Below are positions 18,970-30,084 of a stretch of DNA of 64,000 nt, in pieces. Numbering within the stretch: position 1 is the stretch's first letter; each line of letters opens with the position of its first letter. The position numbers were made by a program, and so were the translations under genes. The stretch is from Trypanosoma brucei (Eukaryota): assembly GCA_000002445.1 (NCBI GenBank), contig CH464491.1, forward strand, positions 2,688,001 to 2,752,000. The letters run 5' to 3'. Below the pieces are notes generated by a model. The model was not told the origin of the DNA, made no database searches, and was given only the letters and a program-made list of their open reading frames with translations.

Positions 18970-19989
18970 ATGGACGTGGGGTATTACGTTCCCCCTCGGT
19001 GCACCAGGCTTGTTTCCTCAGTCATGGATGCATTCGTTGGTGCCTCCGAGAGGCAGTTTAAGGAGATTGATGCCGCCTGTAAAATACAATCGTTGTACCG
19101 AATGTGGCGTGAGCGTTGTGCATACCGGCGTATTCGCAATGCCGCCCTAAACGTACAAAGATTGTACCGTGGCCACCTAGATCGCAGACGTGTGTTGGAG
19201 ACGCGGGCTCTGAATGCTGCCCTCCACGAGGGATCAGTCTACGAATATTACGCTTCTCTTATACAGGCTTGCTTCCGTGGTTACTATGTGCGTCGGTACG
19301 TGGACAACTTCTATGCAAGGAGAAGTTACGTTCAAATGACAGTAAAGGCATCTGACGCTGTGCGGGAGGCGGCGGAGGTGCAGTTGAAGGAGCAGCAGGA
19401 GCGTGAGGCGGCGGAGAAGATAAGAAGGAGAGATCTTAGGTACAAGAGGGCCACAGAGAAATTGCACTACATAACTTCCACTTTGAATTGTGGAGGGATA
19501 TACAAGCGTCCCACGGATATCTCCTCGGCGACAACAATATATGGAACGTGCGTGGAGGATGACATTCGGAATGGGTCGAAGGCCGTTCGTCGCCCACAGC
19601 TGGAAACGACAGTGCGCAATAGGCTGAAGATGGCCTCCGTGTCGGCCAGGAAGGAGAGAGGAGAGTGGGGCAGAAGACCACCCGCGTCTCAGGACCTTCA
19701 GCAAGCAGGAGGAGACACGGGTGAAAAGACGGATAGCATGATGTATTTTACTGTAACATCAGGCGCATGGAACCGTAGCGGCGTGAAGGGGTGTAGCCTT
19801 CCGCCCATTCGCGGTCCAGATGAAGTGGACGCGGTGAAATGTAACGTGGTGTCGCATTGTTGCATTGAGGACTTTCTGTCCACGTACGATGAAGAAAAGT
19901 TGAAGATAGAGCGTTCAGTAGACAAGAAAGAGATTGAGTTGGCACACAAAAAGCAGCGATTCACTGTCTCAGCCTCCGCTTCTCTATAG
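18970..19989 (+). CDS. IQ calmodulin-binding motif protein
   Basis: ORF-track start 18955 is GTG; ATG at 18970; IQSLYRMWRERCAYRRIRN, VQRLYRGHLDRRRV, IQACFRGYYVRRYV are consecutive IQ motifs. Confidence 0.5.
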   Translation: MDVGYYVPPRCTRLVSSVMDAFVGASERQFKEIDAACKIQSLYRMWRERCAYRRIRNAALNVQRLYRGHLDRRRVLETRALNAALHEGSVYEYYASLIQACFRGYYVRRYVDNFYARRSYVQMTVKASDAVREAAEVQLKEQQEREAAEKIRRRDLRYKRATEKLHYITSTLNCGGIYKRPTDISSATTIYGTCVEDDIRNGSKAVRRPQLETTVRNRLKMASVSARKERGEWGRRPPASQDLQQAGGDTGEKTDSMMYFTVTSGAWNRSGVKGCSLPPIRGPDEVDAVKCNVVSHCCIEDFLSTYDEEKLKIERSVDKKEIELAHKKQRFTVSASASL

Positions 19990-20456
19990 CCATGAGTCGG
20001 CCCAGTCGCACGAATGTGGTAGCCTATCTCTGTTGATGCAAATTCCAAATATATATATATATATTTATATATGCTCCTTTACATGTAGCCTTTTGCTATG
20101 AGGGATTTTGGATTGCATCCACGCTCAGGTACGCACTTAAGAATGTATGTAGAGGGAATGGTGTGAAGGGAAGCAATGGCAGGGAAACACGGTTGGACAC
20201 AGTCCGCTTCTTTATATCACTGTCCTCATGTTTATGCAGTATTCCCCCTGACGTAGCAGTCCACAATGTGCAAAGGTGTTGCGTGTGTGTTTTGTCGTAT
20301 GGGGCCCTCGTTGGTTCCACCACTCGTGTAGGATCATTTCCCTTCGTTGCACCCTCCCTTTCATGATTGTTTTTGTTCATAGTCTGTTCAGTTGGTTCCC
20401 TAGCAGAAGAATACTTTCTTTACTGTAGTTCCGTGTGGCTGTCTTCCTTTTGAATC

Positions 20457-21842
20457 ATGGCCACGACTGGGTATACTCTTACGGAGCGGGTTGAGGGGAT
20501 CGCTTTTGGAAAGTCAGCGCTCCCCGCGCCACCGCCACCGGAGAAGTTTTTGGATATTTTCTCAACCTTGGAGGATCAATTCAGGGACACGTGTAAGGGT
20601 GTTGGTTTTCTTTTCGGCGCTGACTCGGTCACTTCCAATAGCAATAGTGTTCTTGTCTCAAACGGGTGGCCACCCTACGCCCGCATCGCAAGTAGCTTCG
20701 CTGCGGCTGCGGCACATTCAGAACTCGGTAAAGTGTTGCGCTGGTTCGCCAAAGCTGTTGTGGGTCTATTTGTCAACGGTGTGAAGAGTGGTGTGGGATT
20801 CCCACAGCAGTGGGACGAGTACGTACGGCAACAAGCCGACTTAATGGAGTATAGGTTCGAACTCCAGGGCTTTGGGGTACTCTTCACGTATATACTTTGC
20901 CAGTTAGCCGCCGTTGAGAGTGCAGTGAGCGAAGGCGGCGTGAGTGGAGAGTATAGTCCCTCCGAAGGCGCAATCGTTGCCGACGTCCATTTACCTGATT
21001 TGGGTGCAGCGGCGTGCTATCCAGAGACAAAACAGTCGGGGAAGTTACGGCCGGCGGACGGCTGCAAAGAGGCGGCCTGTGCTTCAAGAGTAAATCAACT
21101 TGTACCTAGGAAGAGAGACAAGCTGACTACGGCGGTAGGAAATGCCAGTGGCCCTCTGAGCCCGCTACAACCGCCAGCCCGCCACTCTTCTGCTACGGTG
21201 AGCAGGACGTTGGAACGAAAAACAGCTATGCCTCCGGCTGTCGTTTCCCTAGGGGATGGTAATGTTAACGGTTCGTTGATTCTGGGCCCAAGTAAGTCTT
21301 TGTTGAGCCCCGCACGTGGGCATATGGGTATAGATCCGCTTTACCCCCAGCAGTTACGGCAGCGGTCGCGCCCCCGTAGCGACACCCCCCCAGGATGTGT
21401 GCCGCAACCCAAGCAAGGTGGCCCCACACCTGTTAGTAGGAGTGTCCCTCGTTTGTCTTACAGTGCCCTGCAGGTTCGTTCCTGCAGCCCCAGGGATGAT
21501 GTGGGCGACAGCGGCTTGTACGTGGGCGCTCCCCCACCCACGAGCAACGATGTTTCGGGCTTGGATGATCCCTCCAGTCATGTCTTCAGGCGGCGAAGGG
21601 AAGCGAATAAGCTGTTAGGAGACGGCGACTGTGGTGAACAGAATGGCATTAGGTTCAGCATCGGGAAGGCGAGCCGTGTTCCACCCACCACGTCGCTTTC
21701 TCCGATAGAAGTTCAGGAAAGAATGAGGGCAAGTGATCTAGCGAAACAGTATGGCGTGAAGAGCATCACTAACTATGCGGAAAGGGATGTCGAAAACTTC
21801 AAGGAACAAATGAAAGCGTTGAGAAAGCTGTGGGAGGAATGA
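20457..21842 (+). CDS. hypothetical protein (Ser/Pro-rich central region)
   Basis: 461-codon ATG-initiated ORF, same orientation, coding-like composition; no domain recognised. Confidence 0.45.
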   Translation: MATTGYTLTERVEGIAFGKSALPAPPPPEKFLDIFSTLEDQFRDTCKGVGFLFGADSVTSNSNSVLVSNGWPPYARIASSFAAAAAHSELGKVLRWFAKAVVGLFVNGVKSGVGFPQQWDEYVRQQADLMEYRFELQGFGVLFTYILCQLAAVESAVSEGGVSGEYSPSEGAIVADVHLPDLGAAACYPETKQSGKLRPADGCKEAACASRVNQLVPRKRDKLTTAVGNASGPLSPLQPPARHSSATVSRTLERKTAMPPAVVSLGDGNVNGSLILGPSKSLLSPARGHMGIDPLYPQQLRQRSRPRSDTPPGCVPQPKQGGPTPVSRSVPRLSYSALQVRSCSPRDDVGDSGLYVGAPPPTSNDVSGLDDPSSHVFRRRREANKLLGDGDCGEQNGIRFSIGKASRVPPTTSLSPIEVQERMRASDLAKQYGVKSITNYAERDVENFKEQMKALRKLWEE

Positions 21843-22936
21843 GAACCACGCCTTTCAAGAGGCGGGAAATGTACTTTAAAAATTGCGTCGAGGGTGCATT
21901 TATTGGTTTACGGGCGCGCATAAGCGTGCTGCCGTCATTTGCACTAGAGGCGTTTCGTGGGTATGTACGTATGCAGTGTATGTCGAATACTTCCTTTTGC
22001 CACCTTATCTTCAGTGATGGCAATTTTCTACTTCGATACTATCTATTTGTTTATTTGTTTATCTGTTTTTTTTTTTTGAACTTACCTTTCCTTACTACAT
22101 GTGTCTTAAAACTCCACTTTCTTGTTTTGTGGTGTGTATGCGTGAGGGAAGAGGAGGAGGAAACTGAGAAGGAGGGATGGTGGGGGTACCTCTTTGGGCA
22201 GGCTTCTCAGCTCCCTGCTGGTGCCGGATGCAATTATTAAGTCAGAGGGTTCAGCTCTGCCTGGTTATGTGTTTGTGGGTGGATGTTGTGTCTAAAAGTA
22301 CTCATATACTCAGATGTGCACACAAATGAGGACGCTCACAATGACAAAACCGTTTAAGCGGGTTTGTTTTTATATACGAACGGGGAAAGGATATTTCCCG
22401 ATAGGTTAGATATTGTTTCCAAGAATAGCTGACTAAAGGACTAAAGTTTTCGTTGGAAAAAAAAAAAGACGTACCTGTGGTGCCTAGACAAAAGGCGAAC
22501 CATCTCTGCAGTTTCTACTTTCTTCTTCTTCCCACGAACAGCTTGCCTTCATGCCTTGCAGGCGATCACCTGTGTATCCCTTTTATGAATGCACGTGGAT
22601 GTGTATATGTGTGCAAAATCACCGTGGACAATCGGACTGTTGCCTGATTACAGTGGGTTACTGTGCTTCTCCTTAATTATTGTTCGTGCTACTTCCTCGC
22701 GCCTTCTTCACACCTAACCCGTGTGCGCGCCTTCTTTTTTTTTTTTTAGCATGACAAGGTGTCAAATTCAGGGGAGTATTTTGTAAATTTCCTTTTGAAG
22801 AGGAAAAAGTGAGGGGTAAACAACTTCTAAATTCGTAGAAGGCAAACATAGAAGTAACACAAAAGAGTGAAGGGTCGAAATATAGTAAGTGGAGCTTAAC
22901 TAATTAGAAACACCACAGTTAGGATCAGGGACAGGG

Positions 22937-25900
22937 ATGCCCGCATACACTGGCCTCAACGGCCGTCCGATACCTCCGGGAGCGAAGAGGAGGCGGCACA
23001 TCACATCTGCCTTGTTCAAAACACCACTCTTGTTGGTACCAGCAATATTTATGATGATCCTCTTGTATTATTCCATGCGGTCCGGGCGTGGACATCGCAG
23101 AGGTCTACCCGTCCCTTTTTATGATTCTCAAGAGACTACCACTTCGCTAGATGATTGGAAAAAGGACCGTTCCTCTTCAGGTATTCCTGGACTGCCACCA
23201 ATGTCAGATGAGGGAAGGTCCGTTATCATTGTCCCCTGTACCGCGTCTGGATCTATAAATAGTAAACTCGACGGTCAACAGCAAGTGACCACTGAAGTTC
23301 AGTTCTACCGCACGCGGTGCCAACCGGTCGTAGTTGGGAAAAATGATGAACGCACGGTGAAGGAAAAAGGTGGATGTAGCGATGATGTGCGCCCCATTGT
23401 GAGCATAATTCCACAGGGTTCAGAAAAGTTGTATTTCCCCAAGGAGGTTCTTCTCGAGGAGATGGAGGAGGAAGAGCAGGGACCTCAAGACACCGTTGGG
23501 AGGTTCCCACAACGTATGGAGAAGGTGTTGTCGGAAGACGGGACGAATGGTTTCTGGTTGAGTACCTCTTCCTCAGGGCCACCGATTATGCGCTGTGCCT
23601 CTCGTGCTCTTGTTGAGCCATTTTTTAGCGCTCCACTAAATCCTCAGCCAAACTGGATATGGGGCTCAAGTGGTTTTGTTGTTAGTGTCCTTCTGTATAC
23701 CATTGCCCGCGACGTAGGCAAGGGCGTGGTAGAGGGCTCGTTCACATTTCGTTCGCGAGAGAAAATTCATTTCTACGGTTTACCCCTTCGAAAGAAGCCG
23801 AGCGCAGGTTGGATCGAGGCAGACGACGACGAACTAGACGACGAAGCGGTTACAGGAGGAACTCTTCCCAGTGGAACTGTGCCACTAGTCTACGCTTTTG
23901 GGGAGCGAAGTGTCGTCGGTATTCTGTGGCTGAATGGCTCCCCTTCGCATGCTTACACTACCGACACCGCAGATAGTAAGTCTAGTGGGATGCGAGAGCA
24001 AACCGTCCACTTCGCCAGTGCCACAGGTGCCACCCGTGTCTTCCTCCTCCCCGGGCCCACGCTGGAGGATGTGCTTCTGCAGTACTATACGCTAACTGGT
24101 TTCCCCGTATTTCCACCTCTATTCGCTCTGGGTTACCACCATCATTCTGTGAGATACAGACATGCGGATGATATATTACATGTGAATCATATGAGTCTGA
24201 GCTTACGTTTACCTATCGACACAGTGGGAATGAATTTGGGTGCTGTTGCCGCTGACGATATCTTTGCGTGGCCGCGAAGGCGTATTGCAGACTCGTTGGA
24301 GGTTCAGACGCGGTTGTGGCGGGACGGTGGGCACATTATTGTGCTGGCGGTAACACCAACTGTAGTACCCAGCTCTGGTTCAGCGGCATACATAGAGGGA
24401 AAAGAAAAGGGGTACTTTATTTTCTCGCCGCTAAAGGAGGGTGCCGCATTTGTTCACCTAGTTTCGGGTATAGCGAAGGTGTGGATCGACTTCTTGAACC
24501 CTCGCGCAAGGCAATGGTACTCTGAGATGATGGAATTTACACGTTTTGTTGGCTCCACAAATCTCACCCACTTCTCTCTAGTGGATAATGAGCCGATGCT
24601 ACCCAGAGTTCTTGGTGGAACCGATGGCGTAACTCTACCGTCATCAGCGCTACATTACCGGGGTGTGCGTCACAGGCAAGTCCGAAACGTCTACGGTATG
24701 TTACACTCTATGGCCGCATACGATGGGCAACTAAGTCGTACAAATAATGAATATCGGCCCTTCGTTGTCACGCAGTCGTACTTCGCGGGTTCGCAACGCT
24801 ACGCTGCGGTGCGGTTGCGTTACCGTCACAGGAGGGATAATGATCTCACCCTTTCATGGGCGCGGCTAAGGGAAACGGTGGAATTGTGCATCTTACATAG
24901 CATCTCAGGCCTTCCTTTTGTTGGGCCTGATATTAATGTCCCCGTGCCCAACTCCTTCTGGGGAAAGAAAAATTTTGACGAACTACAGGTGCGGTGGTAT
25001 CAGCTTAGTGCGTTCCTTCCATTGTTCAGGAGCGACATGGATGTGCGGCCGCGGCACGCTACGATACTTGAGTTCCCTAAACGTACCATCTTTCGTATTC
25101 GCGAGGCTGTTCTATTCCGGTACACTCTTTTGCCCTACTACTATACGCTGTTCTGGAGGTCACATCTATACGGGGAACCCATCCTTCGCCCAGTATTTCT
25201 TCCGTATGAGAAACGGGGCCCACCCCCGGAGAAAGGAGTGGCAATGTCGAAGGAATCTTTCTTTGTGGGCCCAGACCTTTTTGTGGCTCCGGTGCTGTCC
25301 GCTGTGGGGGAGGAAACCGCGTGGCGGAAGGAACCGCACCATAGGATACGTCTTCCACCCAATGACCTCTACTACGACTACTGGACTGGTGCTCTTCAGT
25401 ACCAAGGAGGATTGGTGAAGGAACCCGCATGCATACGCTTCGATAAAAACCCACCATTTGCCGAAGCGAAGCATGTGGCACCGTTGTTTCTGCGAGTAGG
25501 TTCAATTCTCCCAACCTTCACTCAGACACGAACAATGCGTAGTTCCCATGATCCGGCAAACTACACGCTTACTATTGCACTCCCGCAGCTGACGTCGGAA
25601 CTGTTATGGGCAAGTGAGCCCGTGAACTCCAGCGACGGTAGGTTGCTTGCTGAAGGCGAGTTGTTCGTGGATGGTGGCGACAACTACGTAGACTACAACA
25701 ATCATTCCACAATACGCAGTGACTTCTGTGCCCTTCGGTTGGAGTGCCGGTTATTTCCTCACTCGTACCGTATGGAAGTGCGATTGAAAGCGACGGTTAA
25801 CTCGTCGTGCGGTAAAGCTGTAGAGGCGCTGAAGGCTAATTTGGTGGAGCTGGATGACCCTAATGTATATGTTATTGATCGGCTGCGGTTATTGTTTGCG

Positions 25901-26104
25901 TCACCAAGCGAGAGTAGGTTTTTGGTGAGGGGTTTGCCCGCGGCCAGCGAAAACGGTCGACAGGAGCAGATGCAATGGAAGGTGTCCTACGGGGAGATTG
26001 ATGATAACGTGGTGGAAGTGCATAATTTCTTTGTGCAGCTGTCGGATTCTCTTTCTAACGAGAGTACAACTCATGTGATCGCTGCATTCGATTTGAGGTT
26101 ATGA
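22937..26104 (+). CDS. glycoside hydrolase family 31 (alpha-glucosidase-like) type II membrane protein
   Basis: N-terminal signal anchor LLLVPAIFMMILLYY; GFPVFPPLFALGYHHHSVRY (GH31 'P-x-W-A-L-G' region); VWIDFLNP in place of WxDMNE nucleophile motif; GLPFVGPDI...ELQVRWYQLSAFLPLFRSDMD matches GH31 signature 2 (G-x-D-x-C-G-F ... R-W-x-Q-x-G-A-F-x-P-F-x-R-x-H). Confidence 0.65.
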   Translation: MPAYTGLNGRPIPPGAKRRRHITSALFKTPLLLVPAIFMMILLYYSMRSGRGHRRGLPVPFYDSQETTTSLDDWKKDRSSSGIPGLPPMSDEGRSVIIVPCTASGSINSKLDGQQQVTTEVQFYRTRCQPVVVGKNDERTVKEKGGCSDDVRPIVSIIPQGSEKLYFPKEVLLEEMEEEEQGPQDTVGRFPQRMEKVLSEDGTNGFWLSTSSSGPPIMRCASRALVEPFFSAPLNPQPNWIWGSSGFVVSVLLYTIARDVGKGVVEGSFTFRSREKIHFYGLPLRKKPSAGWIEADDDELDDEAVTGGTLPSGTVPLVYAFGERSVVGILWLNGSPSHAYTTDTADSKSSGMREQTVHFASATGATRVFLLPGPTLEDVLLQYYTLTGFPVFPPLFALGYHHHSVRYRHADDILHVNHMSLSLRLPIDTVGMNLGAVAADDIFAWPRRRIADSLEVQTRLWRDGGHIIVLAVTPTVVPSSGSAAYIEGKEKGYFIFSPLKEGAAFVHLVSGIAKVWIDFLNPRARQWYSEMMEFTRFVGSTNLTHFSLVDNEPMLPRVLGGTDGVTLPSSALHYRGVRHRQVRNVYGMLHSMAAYDGQLSRTNNEYRPFVVTQSYFAGSQRYAAVRLRYRHRRDNDLTLSWARLRETVELCILHSISGLPFVGPDINVPVPNSFWGKKNFDELQVRWYQLSAFLPLFRSDMDVRPRHATILEFPKRTIFRIREAVLFRYTLLPYYYTLFWRSHLYGEPILRPVFLPYEKRGPPPEKGVAMSKESFFVGPDLFVAPVLSAVGEETAWRKEPHHRIRLPPNDLYYDYWTGALQYQGGLVKEPACIRFDKNPPFAEAKHVAPLFLRVGSILPTFTQTRTMRSSHDPANYTLTIALPQLTSELLWASEPVNSSDGRLLAEGELFVDGGDNYVDYNNHSTIRSDFCALRLECRLFPHSYRMEVRLKATVNSSCGKAVEALKANLVELDDPNVYVIDRLRLLFASPSESRFLVRGLPAASENGRQEQMQWKVSYGEIDDNVVEVHNFFVQLSDSLSNESTTHVIAAFDLRL

Positions 26105-28036
26105 GCGATTGTGCCAAGCAAATAGGAATGGGCAAGTTTTCCTTAAAATCAAATGCCGCCAACAACTAGGAACTGAAATGAGTAAAGCCATCAGTGCCTA
26201 AACGCACATTTGTCTGATTTTCACGGTAGAACAGGGAATGCAACAAATAACGAAAAGGGAAGAAGATGAAGGAAGATCATTTGAGTGTATCTTTTTTTTT
26301 TATTTGTTGCATTTTCCACCCCATCATAAAAGTCAGACAAATGCAGTTGTGCGTGTTTGGGATAAATGTATGCTAAAGGGGGGACGTGGAAGTGGCGGCA
26401 GATGGATGCACACACAGCGCTATAAAGAGGCTCGATTTGGTTTGTTCTTTTGGCCTTTACCCCTAAAGGGAACGTTTTTACTTTTAGCTTCTAGTTACTT
26501 TTTCTTTTTTTAGTTTGTTTTCGTTTCGTTACTGGACGTTTTCTTCCACGACCAAATAAAATGAAAGGAAGAAAGTCGGCATCGTGGAGTGCGCGGGGAT
26601 GTTGTTACGAAGCGGGTGAAGTTGAGTTACTCGGCGAGAGTTTGTGGAGTTACAAATTTAGGTGAGAAATAAATGGAAAGGGATGGATATGTTTGATGTG
26701 GTTCCAATTTGTTAAAATCGCGTCCAGGCCCATTGCTTTCAATGCGGTACACGTATTTAAAAAATGGGTGTGGGTGGGTGATGCTGTTACTTTCCGTTGT
26801 TGTTTTCGCTATTCTTTTTGCAGATGACACTATATTTCCCCTCTTGTCTCGCCTCGCCACATGCTGAACTTGGACCTTACCAACCTGACTATTTGTGCCT
26901 TCTTAGTATGTGTGTATGTGTGTGTTTGTCTTTTCGGTTCGTCACCCTTCGCATTTCTGTATTGTAAACACGCACGTACGCATATTTGTGTGATATGACT
27001 GTGAAGTATGTAAGCGGACGTTTTGTTTGGGTTGTTTGTATTTTTCTGCGCACGACGTTGAACTTTTAAAAAATTGGGGTGCTTATTCATCCGCCCTATC
27101 TGTTCCACGCTTTTTAGTTTTTGTTGTTGTTGTTGTTTTGTGTGGCTCCTTCTATAGGAGCGGCAAGATAAAGGAGGGAAGGGTGAGGTAGAGGCGAAGG
27201 ATCGATCAGATTTGCCGATGGAAACATATTCCTTGTTGTTGTTTTCTATTGAGGGAGAAAGAGAGGAGGCGGACGAACAATAAGAGATTAAGCGAATAAT
27301 TTTTTTTTTAAAAAAGAGTCCGTATTCTGTTGGCGGTGGAGGAACGGGGAAGAGCTCTAGTCATCCCAGAAACCGGTATGCTTGTCATCAGCACGGTTAT
27401 TTTTCCTTCCGTCTTGTCCGAGCCGTATTTTTCCCATTTCTTTTCTTTTATGCGTTTTGGTTCGGTTATTATTATTGTTGTTGTTGTTTTGTATGTGAAA
27501 TAACTGACGAGGTCGACGCTAATTGTTCAACTTCTTGACTTCACCCGCCTGGCGTTTCCTTCGCCAACGGAGGAGGAGGAAAAGGGAAACACGTACTTAC
27601 GTAATCAAATTAACACCATTCATACAAAAACAAACAAATAGTCGTATTGTTGCACTGACATCTTTTCACTGTGATAAGGGTGTTGGTATTATGAAACCGC
27701 CACCTTCACAGCCAAAGCCGCTCCCCCGTCCCGAAACTTTACACAAACGTGTGACTACTAACCATTATTTTTCATTTATCCTATTTTTCCGGCGTTTCTC
27801 TCTTCCATTTATTTACTTTTACTTTTGCTATTGTGTACTTAGCTTGTACTCGGCAGTGAGGAACTGAAACCTCGTGCTGCACGCTTCGTAAGAGGCTGTA
27901 AGCAGAAAAGAGGAAGTGTGGTAAAGAGAGAACTACGGTTACAATAAAGACTCACCCATATTTCCCCCCTCGTATATACGTATTTATAAACACTTAACGG
28001 AATACGCGAAAAGGAATAATAATCAAATACTTTTGA

Positions 28037-29191
28037 ATGACTGAGCTATTAAGTGCAGGGGAAGTGCAACATCCATGTGGCTGGGCGTTTGCATTTCCCT
28101 TCGTGAAGCGGGTGCCCCCTGCAAAACTGGTTCGTTTGCTCGGAACAGCGACACTGTTGGATCGCATTCGTGAAAACGACCCAACGCTTCGGTCCGTTCG
28201 ATTAGACTATGAACTGCTACCACGAGAGGAAATAATGCAGGCATTGCTGGGAAACAACACAATCTCCAGCGTTGTAATTGCGCGTGTCATACCCAGGAAT
28301 TCGACAGGAACTGATTTTGCTCGCTTTCTTGAGAGTTTGTATCACCTCCCGCTGCGCAGCGTGCAAGTACAAGATGGAGAGAAGCTCCCGAGTTCATATT
28401 TGAATCACTTGCTTTACCTCGTGGAATACTGTTCTGGTGTGGGAAAGGCCTGCAAATGGACTGACGGTAAATGTTATGCTGGAGCCGACTTAAACACTGG
28501 GAATACGACCACTGAGATAAATGATGCCGAAGAGTTCAATGGGAATAACAGCCGAGAAGATGTTGACTCGGAAGTACTGGATTACAAGAGGGGCGCCGTG
28601 CTGGAATTCGTCGACTTCTCGGGGTGTCGGCTAACGGTGCGGCAGGCGCAGTGGCTTGGGGATATTTTGTTTCATCGTCGCTGCACGCTGAGGCATGTGA
28701 ATGCGTGCGAGTGTCGCCTGGGAAATGGGGGCGTGCGGGCGCTCCTTCGACGCGTAAACACGAGCCCACGATTGAAAGCCGCGAGCATTGCGGAGGGGTC
28801 AGTAGTGCCACTAGACATGATAGAGTTGCGTTGGAATGGCGTTACAGAGGATGAAAGCATACGAAATTTCGTCGATGTGGTGGAGAGGAGTCCTGACTGC
28901 TGGACTTGCATGACAGTTTATGGGAATTACATTTCTCCCCACATGTACACAAGGTGCGAGGCTCAGGTGGTCAAGGCCAAACGTCTCATGGAAGAGGAGC
29001 GCTTAAAAAGAAGGGAAATTCCCACAAATGTGGAGGTGGCCCAGCCGGACGGTCGGTTGTCTTCAGAAAAGGGAACATCCTGTTCTCCTCGACGGTATTT
29101 TGTAGATCTTCTCACATCAGTGGCGGGCGAAGTGGACTTCGTTTGCCCATCCCTACGTGCTGTTTCTTCGCTTTTGCACGAAGAACCCTGA
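28037..29191 (+). CDS. hypothetical protein (possible leucine-rich/RI-like repeats)
   Basis: 384-codon ATG ORF on coding strand; weak LRR-like periodicity (FVDFSGCRLTVRQAQWLGDILF... ALLRRVNTSPRLKAASIAEG); no firm domain. Confidence 0.4.
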   Translation: MTELLSAGEVQHPCGWAFAFPFVKRVPPAKLVRLLGTATLLDRIRENDPTLRSVRLDYELLPREEIMQALLGNNTISSVVIARVIPRNSTGTDFARFLESLYHLPLRSVQVQDGEKLPSSYLNHLLYLVEYCSGVGKACKWTDGKCYAGADLNTGNTTTEINDAEEFNGNNSREDVDSEVLDYKRGAVLEFVDFSGCRLTVRQAQWLGDILFHRRCTLRHVNACECRLGNGGVRALLRRVNTSPRLKAASIAEGSVVPLDMIELRWNGVTEDESIRNFVDVVERSPDCWTCMTVYGNYISPHMYTRCEAQVVKAKRLMEEERLKRREIPTNVEVAQPDGRLSSEKGTSCSPRRYFVDLLTSVAGEVDFVCPSLRAVSSLLHEEP

Positions 29192-29647
29192 GTTTGCGTG
29201 GTTGTGTGTGCTTTTTTTCGGACACGTGTGCCGTTTTACGGGGGCTTCCCCTTTCGTTTGTTTTCATGATGTGGACGTTTCCTTCTCCCATTAATGACTT
29301 CCTTTTTCTTCCTTTTTACCCTTAACACCACGAAAACATTATTACAAGTGTTGTTGTTCACACGATTTCACGCTCACATCATGTGGAGGATTTGATTAAA
29401 TTGTGCAGGTTTTTCGGACAAGTCAGTGAAACAAGTAATTTAGCTCCCTTCTCGCTCTCTCTTTCCCTCTTCTTCATTACATGTGGATGGTGAAACGGTG
29501 AAAGAAGAGGAAGAACAAAGGCATGGAGGTAAGGGGGAAAAGAATTAGGAAAGAAGAGGCGGAAGCATAAGTGAAAGGAGGAAGGAAATGAGGGATGTTG
29601 AGACATTAGCACAATGCACGGGGAAGTTCATGTGTGCGAAGGTTGGA

Positions 29648-29800
29648 CTCCTTTTCTTTTTTTTTCCTTCAGAGGAGGGAATATCTTGCTTCACATAACC
29701 ATCGAAGCATCCTCTCTCTTCCCCTCTACTGTGCCTTTTGTGGTTTCTTGGTGTTGGTGTGTTGCTTTGTTTTTTTTTTTTGCCTTTCCTTTACGCGGCG
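29648..29800 (+). promoter_or_regulatory. polypyrimidine tract region
   Basis: ccttttctttttttttccttc ... cctctctcttcccctctactgtgccttttgtggtttcttggtgttggtgtgttgctttgtttttttttttt. Confidence 0.45.
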
Positions 29801-30084
29801 CTGTATAGCTGGTAATTACATGTGTAGTAGACTACCGGGTGATGAGAAGGGAATGCGTGTACTGTACAACTTTAATTACGTATTTGTGTATGTTTACACG
29901 TGCACGCGGATACATTTTTATTTTATGCTTTTTTTTTCCTTCCCTTTTCATCCCTTCTCATCTGTGCGTCCCATGACGCGTACCAAAACTACATATGTGG
30001 TACATATGATGGACGGATTGGGAGAAGAAAATTCGGTGTGTTTTGTTACGGTGTTTTTCCCCCTTTTTTTATTTTTATTTTTTC

